Source: Vairimorpha necatrix (lineage: Eukaryota). Taken from it: a DNA stretch of 64,000 nt. The notes beneath the pieces were generated by a model. The model did no database searches, was not told the origin of the DNA, and saw nothing but the letters and a program-made list of their open reading frames with translations. Below are positions 1-10,863 of the stretch, in pieces. Position 1 is the first letter of the stretch, and the number at the start of each line of letters is the position of its first letter. The position numbers and the translations under genes are program-made. The stretch covers positions 930,001 through 994,000 of the forward strand of contig CP142726.1 of NCBI GenBank assembly GCA_036630325.1, given 5' to 3'.

Positions 1-432
1 AAGTATAACAAGCCTGATATACTAATTGTAGACAAGTTGAGGAAAGAAGTGATCGTTGTAGAAGTTGGAATCACAAGTTTTAACAACTTCCATGCAGTAG
101 AAACAGAAAAGAAACATAAATACGACTTGCTCGCAAATCATGTGGCTTCTCTCTACAAATACAAGCCGAAAATTATTCCTTATGTTATGACGTGGGATGG
201 AATAGTAACTAATTTTCACCGTACGCATATCAAAGTGCTCAGATTAGAACCCAGAACGGAAGCATATATACAGTCAAGAGTCCTTAAAATGACTTTAGAA
301 AGCCTAACTATGTCAGCCAGACATGGGCTTGATACAGATCAGGAAGGGGTCTTCGAGAGCCCAATGAGTGAATCTCAGAAGGAACTCCTGGAACTGCCAG
401 ATGAGACTGTAAGCGTATCTTGTGAAAAGTAA
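1..432 (+). mobile_element. 3' end of non-LTR retrotransposon ORF with restriction-like endonuclease (R4/NeSL/CRE-type), truncated by window edge
   Basis: Frame from base 1 reads KYNKPDILIVDKLRKEVIVVEVGIT...ETEKKHKYDLL, the PD-(D/E) plus KxxKY signature of RLE domains; stop at 430-432. Confidence 0.8.
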
Positions 433-2307
433 TTAATAAGCCGAATATTATACCCGAATAAATTATATAGTTTACTATTATTTTTTCCTATAGAATTATT
501 TTCGAATACACAAATGTATTCAAATTTTACAATAGGTGAAATTCGGTAAAGGTTTATTACATAGGTTTAGGATGAATGTCATACTAAAGAAACGGGGACG
601 GTTTATGTGATTAATTATACTTAAACGCAGAAGGTTTCTCTAATAATGATCTTTCGCTGTGTAATTACTTATCATTTTAGTATGAAAAACTAAAGGGTAG
701 ATGAGCAAATACCGGAGAGACGAGACGATAGATGAATTCTTAAGAAACAGCAACACAATGACGCTATCATGTAGTTATTATGTGCCATAAAAAATTTTCC
801 CACTAACTCGATTCACAAAAGTAAAATTTATTGAAGGTAAACTTAAAAAAAATCTTACTAAAATATAACTAACGTATAGTTAATTATGGGTGTAATGTAT
901 AATAAAAGATTAATTATTTAGTCTTATATTAAACTTATTATACGTGAAAAATATCAATCAGTCATTTTTTTTCGTTAAAGTTGTATGGGGAAAACTCTCT
1001 CAACGTATAAAAGAAAATTTGAAAAAATAATAGCCATTAAAAAGAGAAATCAAAATAAATAAATTTATTGTAAATTATCATTCTTGAATAAATATCAAGA
1101 TGCAATTCCATTAAGAAATTTCAAACAGTCTTTATTTTTTGATATTTATATTTTTAGCATTTTTCCTTCCTTTTGGTATTATGTTTGTATATTTTAAAAA
1201 AATTCGAGTTCTTAAACACAATTAAAGTATAGTTGAATTTGAATTTAGTGGTTTAAATTATCTTTTTATTAAACCCCCCCCCCTTTGCTCCATTATTTGT
1301 GAATGCATGTCAAGTATTATTCTATATTTCATATAACTATAACGATAAAGTTTTTATTAACTTATTTGTCATATAATAGATGAGAGGGGGGGGTTCACAT
1401 GTATAGGTACTATAATCACGACATAGAATTTAATTATTTATTTAAATAAAAAATTTCTTATTTCTTCACAAATTAATATTAAACAAAGCAAAAATTTATG
1501 TAAAATCTATAATCCTATCATACTTGCATAATTATAAAATTTCAGATGATTTAATTTTTCTAAATCTGAATGTGAACAATGAAACACGTAAAATCTTATT
1601 TTGGTGTCTTAAAAACATTATTTAATGTTTATGTAGCGCCAACTCTCCGTTTATTATCATATTATACTTTTTTTTAAATATTCGTACGACTGAATATAAT
1701 TTAAAAGCTTCTACATATGTTTATATTTGATTATTTGGTGAATAAAATAAGTAAAAGGAATAAAAATATATTTATCTATATTAATTTTACAAAAAGTTGG
1801 ATTAAGGAATAAAAAGAAGAAAAAATGTCCCATTGATTGCAAAGACTTCCTTGTTGTTGGTGTGGTTTATATTTTTATCGGACCTGCATGCTATTATTCT
1901 TTCTTTGGTACTATAATATTATTTTTATGTACAATAAAGACCGGATCTTGCAATTAATAACTTATTGACCCTACAAAAGTATTAGAACAACATAAATTTA
2001 TGTTCCACATCATGTATATTTCTAATTCTTCACTTTATGTTACATCTGCTTGGGTAATTCTTTTATTGAATTATCGAGCATTGATTTATTGCCCATGCAA
2101 TTTCAATTGTGTTTTTCTGTTTGCAGAGCCATTTTTTTACATCATCATTTACAAATAATCATTTTTTTGGAAAATACTCAATTCTTTATTATTTTTTTTT
2201 AAAGCGTATATTTCATTTATAACTATAAAAAAATATTTTAATTGCAATTCCTTAAATAACCAGATCAGTTTATAAATACAGCCCTATATTTTTCTAGTAA
2301 TTTAACC

Positions 2308-3966
2308 TGTACATGACCGTTTGGAACCCGCTTAAAGAAAATGAAGCCGCATTAGGAAAATGAACCCGTTTTGAAAAATTCAAAAAAAGGGAATTATAAA
2401 AAAAGGGACTTGATGATTTATTTTAAATAATGACAGAAGACAATTTATCCGGTGATTTTGGGGAATTTGGAAGCCCTGTGTAACTGTAAAAGGTACTCAT
2501 AGTGTTCTTCTTTGTTTATGTTAAGATCGAATATCTCTTATAGAATTGAGCCAAACCCAACTATTATATGGTATCATGCCTCTGAATCGCTAGAGGTTAT
2601 AGCATTTATGGAGAGATTCTTAGCACTGTGCTCCATCCCTTTGATTAGCCAATGTGGCATCATATGCTACTTATTGATAGAGATCATAATAGAAACAGGT
2701 TATACATTTTCTTGTATTACCTCAAGGAAAAAGCAGTATTTCTTCTAGTTACAGAAACGAGCAAGGCGCACGCCATTTCAGCATCAAATGTTTCCAAAAT
2801 AAACTTTTCTTTATATTCCATGTATAACTACTATTTATCACTAAAAACCTCATCTGCCTCAACAAACATTGTTTTTGCCAATTTTACTATTTTTTAAAGG
2901 GGGTCCTCTAAAATTTCAAAGCGGGGTTATTTTCCCAAAGCGGGTTCATTTTCCCAAAGCGAGTTCCAAACGGTCAGGAGCAGGGGGCCACTTTGGTCAA
3001 AAAATGGTATTTAAGCGAATTTGTTTTTTTACCCCAAAAATGAAAAGTCGAGAGGAAGAGCTCTTGAACATCTTTACAACAGCAATTCAAAATAAGACTG
3101 TAAAGTGTCCAAAATGCGATGCTTACTGTAAAGTAAGTAATAAAAATAAATTAATGACTAAATGTGTTTGGAAAGCATGTCGGAGGAAAGTGTCATTATT
3201 AAAAGACTCTCCATTTTATTACAAAAAAACAAATATTTTAGATGTTTTGTTAATAATAAAATTATGGTCTTGTAAGGTTAACCAGACTGCTATAGGAGAA
3301 TTTCTTGATATTGATAAAAGATGTATTCGACATATCATAAAAAAAACAATTTCTACAATTGAAAATAAAGTATACGAACGAACTGGTAAAATCGGCGGAC
3401 CAGGAATAATAGTAGAAATAGATGAAAGCAAATTTGGTAAAGTAAAATACCGCAGAGGACATCGGGTTGAAGGTGTATGGGTTTTTGGGATGGTTGAAAG
3501 AACCATCAAAAGAAAGATAGTTATGATTCCAGTCGACGATAGGAAAGCCAAAACACTAGAAGAAATAATTAAAAATTATGTTCACTCCGAATCAATTATA
3601 CACAGTGACTGCTTCAAGTCTTATTTTAAGTTAAAAGACTATTTTGCTGAACACAAAACTGTTAATCATTCATTGGAGTTTGTAAATAATTCCAATAGAT
3701 GTCATACTAACACAATTGAAGGAAATTGGAGTGGAAAAAATGAGACTTCGGCAAGACACAGAACCAGAACATTGATTACTGGTTCGTTGATAAGATATAT
3801 GTTAAGAAGGAACTTTGAAGGTGATTTATTTATGAATATTATTAAATTTATTTTTTCTTCCTTTTTTTGCCGTTTTGACTTTCCAAAAAAAGGGTCTTTT
3901 TTTAAAAAAAATATTTATACCATTTTTTTGACCAAAGTGGCCCCTTTAACCAAACGGCCATGTACC
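2308..3966 (+). mobile_element. Composite Merlin (IS1595-like DDE) DNA transposon: passenger module 2308-2975 plus transposase module 2984-3944
   Basis: Outer inverted ends TGTACATGACCGTTTGG (2308) / CCAAACGGCCATGTACC (ends 3966); flanks ATTTAACC (2300-2307) and ATTTAACT (3967-3974) match 7/8 as a TSD. Internal IR pairs bracket each module. Confidence 0.65.
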
Positions 3967-3972
3967 ATTTAA
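3040..3972 (+). CDS. Merlin/IS1595-family DDE transposase
   Basis: N-terminal CPKC...C zinc ribbon, VEIDESKFG, WVFGMVER, IHSDCFKSY, TVNHS, HTNTIEGNW. ATG at 3040 follows ACCCCAAAA. The frame reads through the right IR, so the native stop may be lost. Confidence 0.85.
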   Translation: MKSREEELLNIFTTAIQNKTVKCPKCDAYCKVSNKNKLMTKCVWKACRRKVSLLKDSPFYYKKTNILDVLLIIKLWSCKVNQTAIGEFLDIDKRCIRHIIKKTISTIENKVYERTGKIGGPGIIVEIDESKFGKVKYRRGHRVEGVWVFGMVERTIKRKIVMIPVDDRKAKTLEEIIKNYVHSESIIHSDCFKSYFKLKDYFAEHKTVNHSLEFVNNSNRCHTNTIEGNWSGKNETSARHRTRTLITGSLIRYMLRRNFEGDLFMNIIKFIFSSFFCRFDFPKKGSFFKKNIYTIFLTKVAPLTKRPCTI

Positions 3973-4169
3973 CTTTTTGTATGGCTATCCGTTGTTTAAT
4001 TTATATTTTTTCATATCAAAGTGCTTTTTTTTCTTTCTGATCTTGTAATCTTCTTTCATTTTCCATTTTGAGAGCGTTCCTGACATTATAGGAAATTCGA
4101 ATTTGAGCGTTATATATACAGTCTTTTAGCGTCATTAACTTTTATATGAAGAGTAAATATATTTGTTAC

Positions 4170-4919
4170 TGTTGAGAATATATATTATATAAAGTAACCC
4201 TTAACTTAGAATTATCCTTCACTTGGTGAAGAATAAAAAACGATTGAACCCAAACATAAACAAAAGAAGAGGTTATAAGTTCCTCCGAGGCATGAGACTT
4301 AAAAAATACAGTATAGGTTAGAATGAAGATGGAAAGTAGTCTAACGTAGGAGAAGGTGATGACTTGCATCAGTCGAGGGACCGGATAGGAAAGACGTAGA
4401 GGAGCTATGGAGAGTAGCAAAGAAACAGTATTTACTGTAATAAGATTTGGCATAAGAGATATGCAGATTGAATGTGATTACACAATTCACTTTTCACTTT
4501 TAAAGCTATCGTGACATGATAGCAGAACCATCAGTTTTCAAAAATCCAGAGAGATTTAGAAAGAGAAGAAATTAAAAAGAAATTGTGTTGTAGTTTAACA
4601 GTGAAATAGACGGATAAAATCCGGTTCCATTGTTAAGAGAAATGTGTAAAGAAAAATCCCATGCCCATAAAGTTTATGTACTAAAACAGGAGAAACAAGT
4701 ATGTAAAGACCAGTACAAGAAGGGCAGTTAGTTAAACGCGAAACAGTAAAGCGCAGCCCATTTCAGTTAACATAAAAAATGCAACTCTATTTTGAAAGCC
4801 CAGTAGTAGGCGTAGGAAGTATTAAAGATAATTACATCATACAATTCTAAATTTAGCGCGGGGATGTTGAGAATATATATTTAATAAATTAAACCCTTAA
4901 CTTGCAATTATCTTTAATA
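4170..4919 (+). mobile_element. Decayed ~750-bp miniature LTR element (TRIM-like) with ~55-bp LTRs
   Basis: Diverged direct repeats TGTTGAGAATATATATT...AACCCTTAACTT..AATTATC at 4170 and 4865; TGG PBS-like start at 4224; purine-rich GCGCGGGGA before the 3' LTR; 5-bp TSD GTTAC (4165-4169, 4920-4924). Confidence 0.7.
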
Positions 4920-5055
4920 GTTACATTTTTTTTAGTTGGTAAATATTTTTTCTTTTAAAAAGAGTAGATGAGTTTAAAAGAAATTGCATGTTCATTAAAA
5001 AACTTTTTTTTTAAATTTGTGTTTTAAACATTGGTTGTGATAACCACGTCGAATT

Positions 5056-7115
5056 TGTGATGTACATGACTACATCACATAGACAACTGTCAAAACAATC
5101 AGCTGTCAAACATCTTAAACGGCATGTAATGATGAGTCACACAAACAAACAAACGAAGGTTGGATGGTCGTTACTACATTCGTAAGTACGCCAATGTTTG
5201 TGTTTAGTGTTGACAAGAAATAATAAATTAAAAATAAACTATAAAAGAAAGTCTGTCTGTGAAGGGTATGGTATATATGGAATATATAGAATCCAAGAGA
5301 GAGACTAAAACCATCAATAAACATATTTACATTAAAAACTATTTAGAGAGATATTATAAAAATGGCCATGTACCCCGGATACATGACATAATTGAATTCA
5401 ATTCCCACAAAGTATCAAAAGGGGACAACAACGCAGTAATTAAAGAAGCGTTAGAATTTAAGTATACGATCGAAGAGATCGATTTAGAAGTAAAAAAAAA
5501 CTTAAGTATAATAAAAAACATAAAAGAATATAATGAAATGGAGCTAGATACATGGTTTGAGGATTTCAACCAAATCAGCAGAAATAAAAAATGGGATTTT
5601 AAAAAAGAAAAAATCGCCTTAGGAGAATTAGTGCGAGATCCCACATTGCAACAAATATTTGGATTACCAGATTTAGAAAAAATAAGAAGATATATTGAAA
5701 AAAATGTAAGTCAAAGATCAAGTCCTGAGATGCTACATTTAAAGCTACAGGCATGCAAACAAATTAATTTTAGATACATTAAAGAATATTTGTTTGAAAT
5801 AAAGAATCTAGTAGATCAGTATGCTAGACTAGAAAACTTAACGAGAAAAGAATACGAAAGAAAGTTAAGAGAGAGTTTTTTCTTGGGATTAGGTTTTTCC
5901 ACTCGTCTTAAGATATTAGAGCTTGGAAAAAATAACGTCGAAGAAACCATGACGTATTTAGAAACAGTGGAAGAGTGTTTGATTTTTGAAGGAAAAAGGC
6001 GTGAAATAACATATGAATCAGTTCATAATGATAGATTCAAGTTTGAGACCGAAAAGGACGGTTACAAGAACAATAAATGGTGCCGCCTCCATAAAAACAG
6101 TACGCACAATACAGAGGATTGCTTTAGACTAAACAATACCTCAGAGCAGCTTAAGAAAAATTTAGAAAACATAAAAATGCCGAATATTGTTCCAGAAAAA
6201 TTATTTACAATTAGAGAAATAAAGAAAAATAACATACCAGAAGAGGTAGTATTTAATAGAGAAAATAAAGTCGAGAACATTAAAATAAAAAATCAAGAAG
6301 TAACTAATAAAGAAAATTCAAAAGAAGTGAAAACAAAACATGAAACATCGAAAAATGATGAAATAATAGCGAAAACGCTTAGTCATGAGAAACTACAGAA
6401 TGTAGTTGGAACAAATATATTAAAAGAGAAGGATTTAATTGTCAAAAGAAATACAGATATTGACAAGAAGCTTAACAATCCGATGAAAAATATAGAAAAA
6501 GAAAATAAAAAAGATGATAATAAAAGAAATCGAGGTAATAAATTAATAAAAATAAAATACCGTGATAAATATAAACAAAAGAAGACATATAAAATAAGAA
6601 AGAAAAAAAATGAAATATTAGAAAGTATAAACACGAAGAATAAGCAAAAAATGTTAAGTAGTGTTATAGATAAAGCAATAGTAGACCCGCCGAATATAAT
6701 ATTGAAACATGAAGAGTGGTCAGGAATATATAAGAATGAAGTGGTATCTTTAAAAAATTTAAAGCTTTAGGAGAGGGCAGAATGTGATGTACATGACTAC
6801 ATCACATAGACAACTGTCAAAACAATCAGCTGTCAAACATCTTAAACGGCATGTAATGATGAGTCACACAAACAAACAAACGAAAGTTGGATGGTCGTTA
6901 CTACATTCGTAAGTACGCCAATGTTTGTGTTTAGTGTTGACAAGAAATAATAAATTAAAAATAAACTATAAAAGAAAGTCTGTCTGTGAAGGGTATGGTA
7001 TATATGGAATATATAGAATCCAAGAGAGAGACTAAAACCATCAATAAACATATTTACATTAAAAACTATTTAGAGAGATATTATAAAAATGGCCATGTAC
7101 CCCGGATACATGACA
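5056..7115 (+). mobile_element. Young non-autonomous gag-only LTR retrotransposon with 333-bp LTRs
   Basis: LTRs 5056-5388 and 6783-7115 (TG...CA, one mismatch seen); TSD GAATT (5051-5055, 7116-7120); PPT GGAGAGGGCAGAA at 6770-6782; no pol. Confidence 0.9.
5259..6770 (+). CDS. Gag-like protein with variant zinc knuckle and long K/N-rich tail (start uncertain; frame opens inside the 5' LTR)
   Basis: LDTWFEDF and LQACKQ capsid-like segments; WCRLHKNSTHNTEDC (C-x2-H-x4-H-x4-C); lies between LTRs. Confidence 0.75.
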   Translation: MKGMVYMEYIESKRETKTINKHIYIKNYLERYYKNGHVPRIHDIIEFNSHKVSKGDNNAVIKEALEFKYTIEEIDLEVKKNLSIIKNIKEYNEMELDTWFEDFNQISRNKKWDFKKEKIALGELVRDPTLQQIFGLPDLEKIRRYIEKNVSQRSSPEMLHLKLQACKQINFRYIKEYLFEIKNLVDQYARLENLTRKEYERKLRESFFLGLGFSTRLKILELGKNNVEETMTYLETVEECLIFEGKRREITYESVHNDRFKFETEKDGYKNNKWCRLHKNSTHNTEDCFRLNNTSEQLKKNLENIKMPNIVPEKLFTIREIKKNNIPEEVVFNRENKVENIKIKNQEVTNKENSKEVKTKHETSKNDEIIAKTLSHEKLQNVVGTNILKEKDLIVKRNTDIDKKLNNPMKNIEKENKKDDNKRNRGNKLIKIKYRDKYKQKKTYKIRKKKNEILESINTKNKQKMLSSVIDKAIVDPPNIILKHEEWSGIYKNEVVSLKNLKL

Positions 7116-7466
7116 GAATTGAACCGGCTTGTGATGATACAGTTTGATATCTGATAGAGAGCACTGATTGGTCACAAGAGTTACGACAGTATTATATAAT
7201 TTTTTTTTGGTTTTTAGTATATGGTGATTCTTCCTGATTATGTTTGTTCGCTTCAAAATTCATTGCAAGGGCTATTTTTTTTGTATATGGTGGCGGACTT
7301 TTCCACCCGCTTAATTGAATAATCTGTTATTGGTCTAAATTAAATAGTTACTTAAAAGAAGATTTACTGTTGTCATTGTTATTACAACTACATCATTGTA
7401 TAGAAAATATAAAATCTACATTGATGGATTATATTTTTGATAATACAAATGTCTAATGCCCCTCTC

Positions 7467-7940
7467 ATGATGTCGTCCTTGTTAGAAAATATAAACACTC
7501 AAGAAATAAAAATAAGAGTCTTTTTTAAACATAAAATAGAAAATTTCGGATTTCTTGTAAGTGAAACATATAAAGACATAGAAGCCGGAACTAAGGTCGA
7601 TGTTCCACTGTACATTGCTCAATTTCTAATAGAAAATAATCATTGCACACTTGCCAATCCAATCCTTTCAGAGGAAACTGAAAACGATTTGAAAGCCAAC
7701 TCGTCAATAATTAATCTGAATTCTCTATACAAAGAATTTTACAAATTTATTGTAAATTTCAAATCTAATGATTTTGTTCTAAATATTATGTTTTCGAGGT
7801 ATACTACGCTTTATAAATTGATACTTAAAGAACAACTTGATGAAGATGACGTATTTATGTTAGACAATAGTGAGAAAAAAATTATAAAGATGGCAAGGAA
7901 AAAATATTTAATGTACAGGGAATATTTTATAAAAAGTTGA
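7467..7940 (+). CDS. PSF3: GINS complex subunit Psf3
   Basis: FGFL...DIEAGTKVDVPLYIAQFL N-terminal B-domain and DLKANSSIINL...FY, typical of Psf3; ATG follows CCCCTCTC. Confidence 0.75.
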   Translation: MMSSLLENINTQEIKIRVFFKHKIENFGFLVSETYKDIEAGTKVDVPLYIAQFLIENNHCTLANPILSEETENDLKANSSIINLNSLYKEFYKFIVNFKSNDFVLNIMFSRYTTLYKLILKEQLDEDDVFMLDNSEKKIIKMARKKYLMYREYFIKS

Positions 7941-9642
7941 AACGATAAAAAAAAGATACTATTGTTCAAATTTGTATAATTAAAAAATTTTAAATTTAAT
8001 TATACCTTTTATACAAATATGTAGGTAAATTTCAATTTTAACTCTATTTTTAAGATAAAATAAAAATTTCGTTCTAGAGCCTTGAATAACATATGCTAAA
8101 AAAATTTACTCCTTAAAATCTAATTTGAATACTTAATATAGTAAACGTAACATTAAAATTTTATATTTTTAGTATAATAGTGTTGTTTACATTTATAAAT
8201 GAACTTGTATTGTTTATGTTTATGTTTCTGTATATGATATAATTCATAGTTAGCTATTTCCAAACATGTTTGCATATATTATATGGTGTTTATAATAGTT
8301 TTTTTTTCGCCAAGTACTATTTGAATAATTTATAGCACTTTATTGTTTTTTTGTAATCTTTTTAGACATGTAATCATAAATTTAATTTATAAATGTTTTA
8401 TTAACGTAGATAGATCAAAAAATTCTACTTTTTAGTTTATTTTTACTACTTATGGTATTGTAACATTATATTTTTTTAACTATAACATTATATGCGGATT
8501 GAAAATAACTTCTGTTATATTACATTTCATTGTTTCGTAAGAAAGTCTTAAATAAAAATTTTTAAAAAAACATTTAAAGGTTGTAAACAAACAAAGGAAA
8601 GCGATGATCATAGTGTAATGCATTACTTTAATTATACTTGATATTTTTTGTTTTTTTTCTTCTTCATATTTTTTCTGCTAAGACTTTCAAATTTTTTGTC
8701 TATATACATAGATAAAGCTAAAAGTAAATGCAAAAAAATGCACATGGTAATAAACTATAAAAATATATAAAAGATTTCTTATAGTTTTGATAATAATTTT
8801 GATTATCTGCAATAATCACTTAAAGTCGTATAATACATGAAATATTTTCATAGTACAATTTTCTGTCATATTCGCTGTAATTAAAGTGATTATGGTATCC
8901 AAAGCAAATAGACGTTTATAAATGATTAAATAAATAAAGTAATACAGGGCATTGTATGTTTCCACTTCTAGTATGTGCACAATATAAATTAAAAAATATT
9001 GGTTAGAATGAAAAAAAAACTTTATGTAACAAAGGCTGATCTTCCATTTAATTTAGCAAAATATTAAGCTGTAAATGTTATATTTGTTCCATTATTTCCC
9101 TGCAGTTGTAAAACACCTATAAATGTGTCGATATCCTCTAATAATATTAGAAATAATCAGTGATTGTTTCCAAACATATTCTTTGTTTGTTTATTTATCA
9201 ACTAAATATTTTAGCAACTCTTACATGCAATTAACGAGTGAAGGCAGAATCAAAAATGTCGCAAAGCAAAGAAGTCATTAATAAATACATCTATCCTCAT
9301 AACATTTATTTTATAAATTTCATCAGATTAAAGATACATTTTTGTTTGCAAATAAAAAAATATTAATTAAAATGTCAATTGTCTCAATTTGTAAATATAT
9401 TGGACATTTGGCGTTTTATTTATACAACAAGATAAATTAAGAAAAAAATTATTTAAAAACATATAACAATTATAAAATAAAAAATACATCTCATGTGTCA
9501 AATCTTTTAAGGATGAGTCATCGCAATTAAAATAGATAATACTATTTTCGAGCTCAACTTCTAAATAAACAAGGATATACAATTTTGAGTAAACTTTAAA
9601 TTTTTTTTTTTCTATTTAAATAATTTTTTTTCTACCCTTTTA

Positions 9643-10863
9643 ATGAATGCAATAATTTTTTATTTTGGATTGTCTACATTTATAGCTACTATAATAACGA
9701 CTAAAATCAATCAGAAAATATTATTAAACAAGATCAAGGATATTAATAATGCCAAAAACTGCTATTTGTTTGAATCGCAAATTCATGATTCCGATCTTTC
9801 ACTTGCTGAAGTTCAATATATTGGACATACTATATGGAGAGAATTAACTAATAAAAAGGAGTTTAGAAAAACTTTGAAAACAAACAATTTAGATGGTATT
9901 TTTAATGATAAAAAAGAATATTTTTACAATAAGTACATAAATAAACTATTGATTGGTTTTAAATTAAAAAGTGAAGGTACTAAGACACCAGAACTAATAA
10001 AAGATGAAAATGGTTTTATTGAACAAACAGTTTTCATGACACAAGATATCTTAAGATCTTTAAATTTATGCTATAAAGATACCATTAGTAAAGCAAAATC
10101 ATTTAAAGATATCATTCATAAAATCTTTGAAAAAAGTTTGTGTCTTAAAAATTACGGCAAAGACACGTTACCAGGAGTTTATCATAGACATTGTGAAGAT
10201 TTTGCGGAACATTATATTAATTGTAAGGTGTATGATAGTCAATACATGAAACAATGGTTTGAAAAGCATCGAGAGTTTTTATCAACTGATAGATGTATCG
10301 AAAATAATATAAATTATGACATTAGGTATACTAAATCCACTACTAATAGTGAAGATACATTAGATAGAAATACTACCACTACCGCCCAAAATCCTGTCAA
10401 TCGGGCTAATACTAAAAAAAATAATAGTCGTATGGTTAAAAGTACTACTCAATCCAATATTACAAATTCGGACGACAGTATTAATACTTCTACTCCCACT
10501 AATTTTGACTTTAATACTGATACTACTAATAGTGATAATATTTTGAATACCACTACGACCAATACTTCTGATTTTTTAACTAGCCGAAATATAAATTATG
10601 ATTTTTTGAATGCACATAATAGTGGAAATGATACGAATAACACTATTGCCCATGCTGGTTTTGGTAATAATATCTTAGGATTTAATACAAACAATGATAT
10701 ATTATCGGGAAATGGGACTTATATAATTGGAGGCTTTATTATATTTATAGTAATGCTTATAATCGGAAGCATTAGTTTTATATTTTATCGAAGAAAAAAA
10801 AATTCTGCTAAATATAGAATAATAAAACCAGAAAATTACAAAAAGCGACCAGAATTTCCATGA
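9643..10863 (+). CDS. Predicted type I membrane/surface protein with Thr/Asn-rich stalk
   Basis: Hydrophobic N-terminus, Cys-containing ectodomain, T/N/D-rich region, TM segment YIIGGFIIFIVMLIIGSISFIFY followed by RRKK; CCC upstream of ATG. Confidence 0.8.
   Translation: MNAIIFYFGLSTFIATIITTKINQKILLNKIKDINNAKNCYLFESQIHDSDLSLAEVQYIGHTIWRELTNKKEFRKTLKTNNLDGIFNDKKEYFYNKYINKLLIGFKLKSEGTKTPELIKDENGFIEQTVFMTQDILRSLNLCYKDTISKAKSFKDIIHKIFEKSLCLKNYGKDTLPGVYHRHCEDFAEHYINCKVYDSQYMKQWFEKHREFLSTDRCIENNINYDIRYTKSTTNSEDTLDRNTTTTAQNPVNRANTKKNNSRMVKSTTQSNITNSDDSINTSTPTNFDFNTDTTNSDNILNTTTTNTSDFLTSRNINYDFLNAHNSGNDTNNTIAHAGFGNNILGFNTNNDILSGNGTYIIGGFIIFIVMLIIGSISFIFYRRKKNSAKYRIIKPENYKKRPEFP

Noticed and set aside
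1272-1395. C-run and G-run forming a short inverted pair
   Set aside because: Homopolymer match only; no TSD or further TIR similarity.
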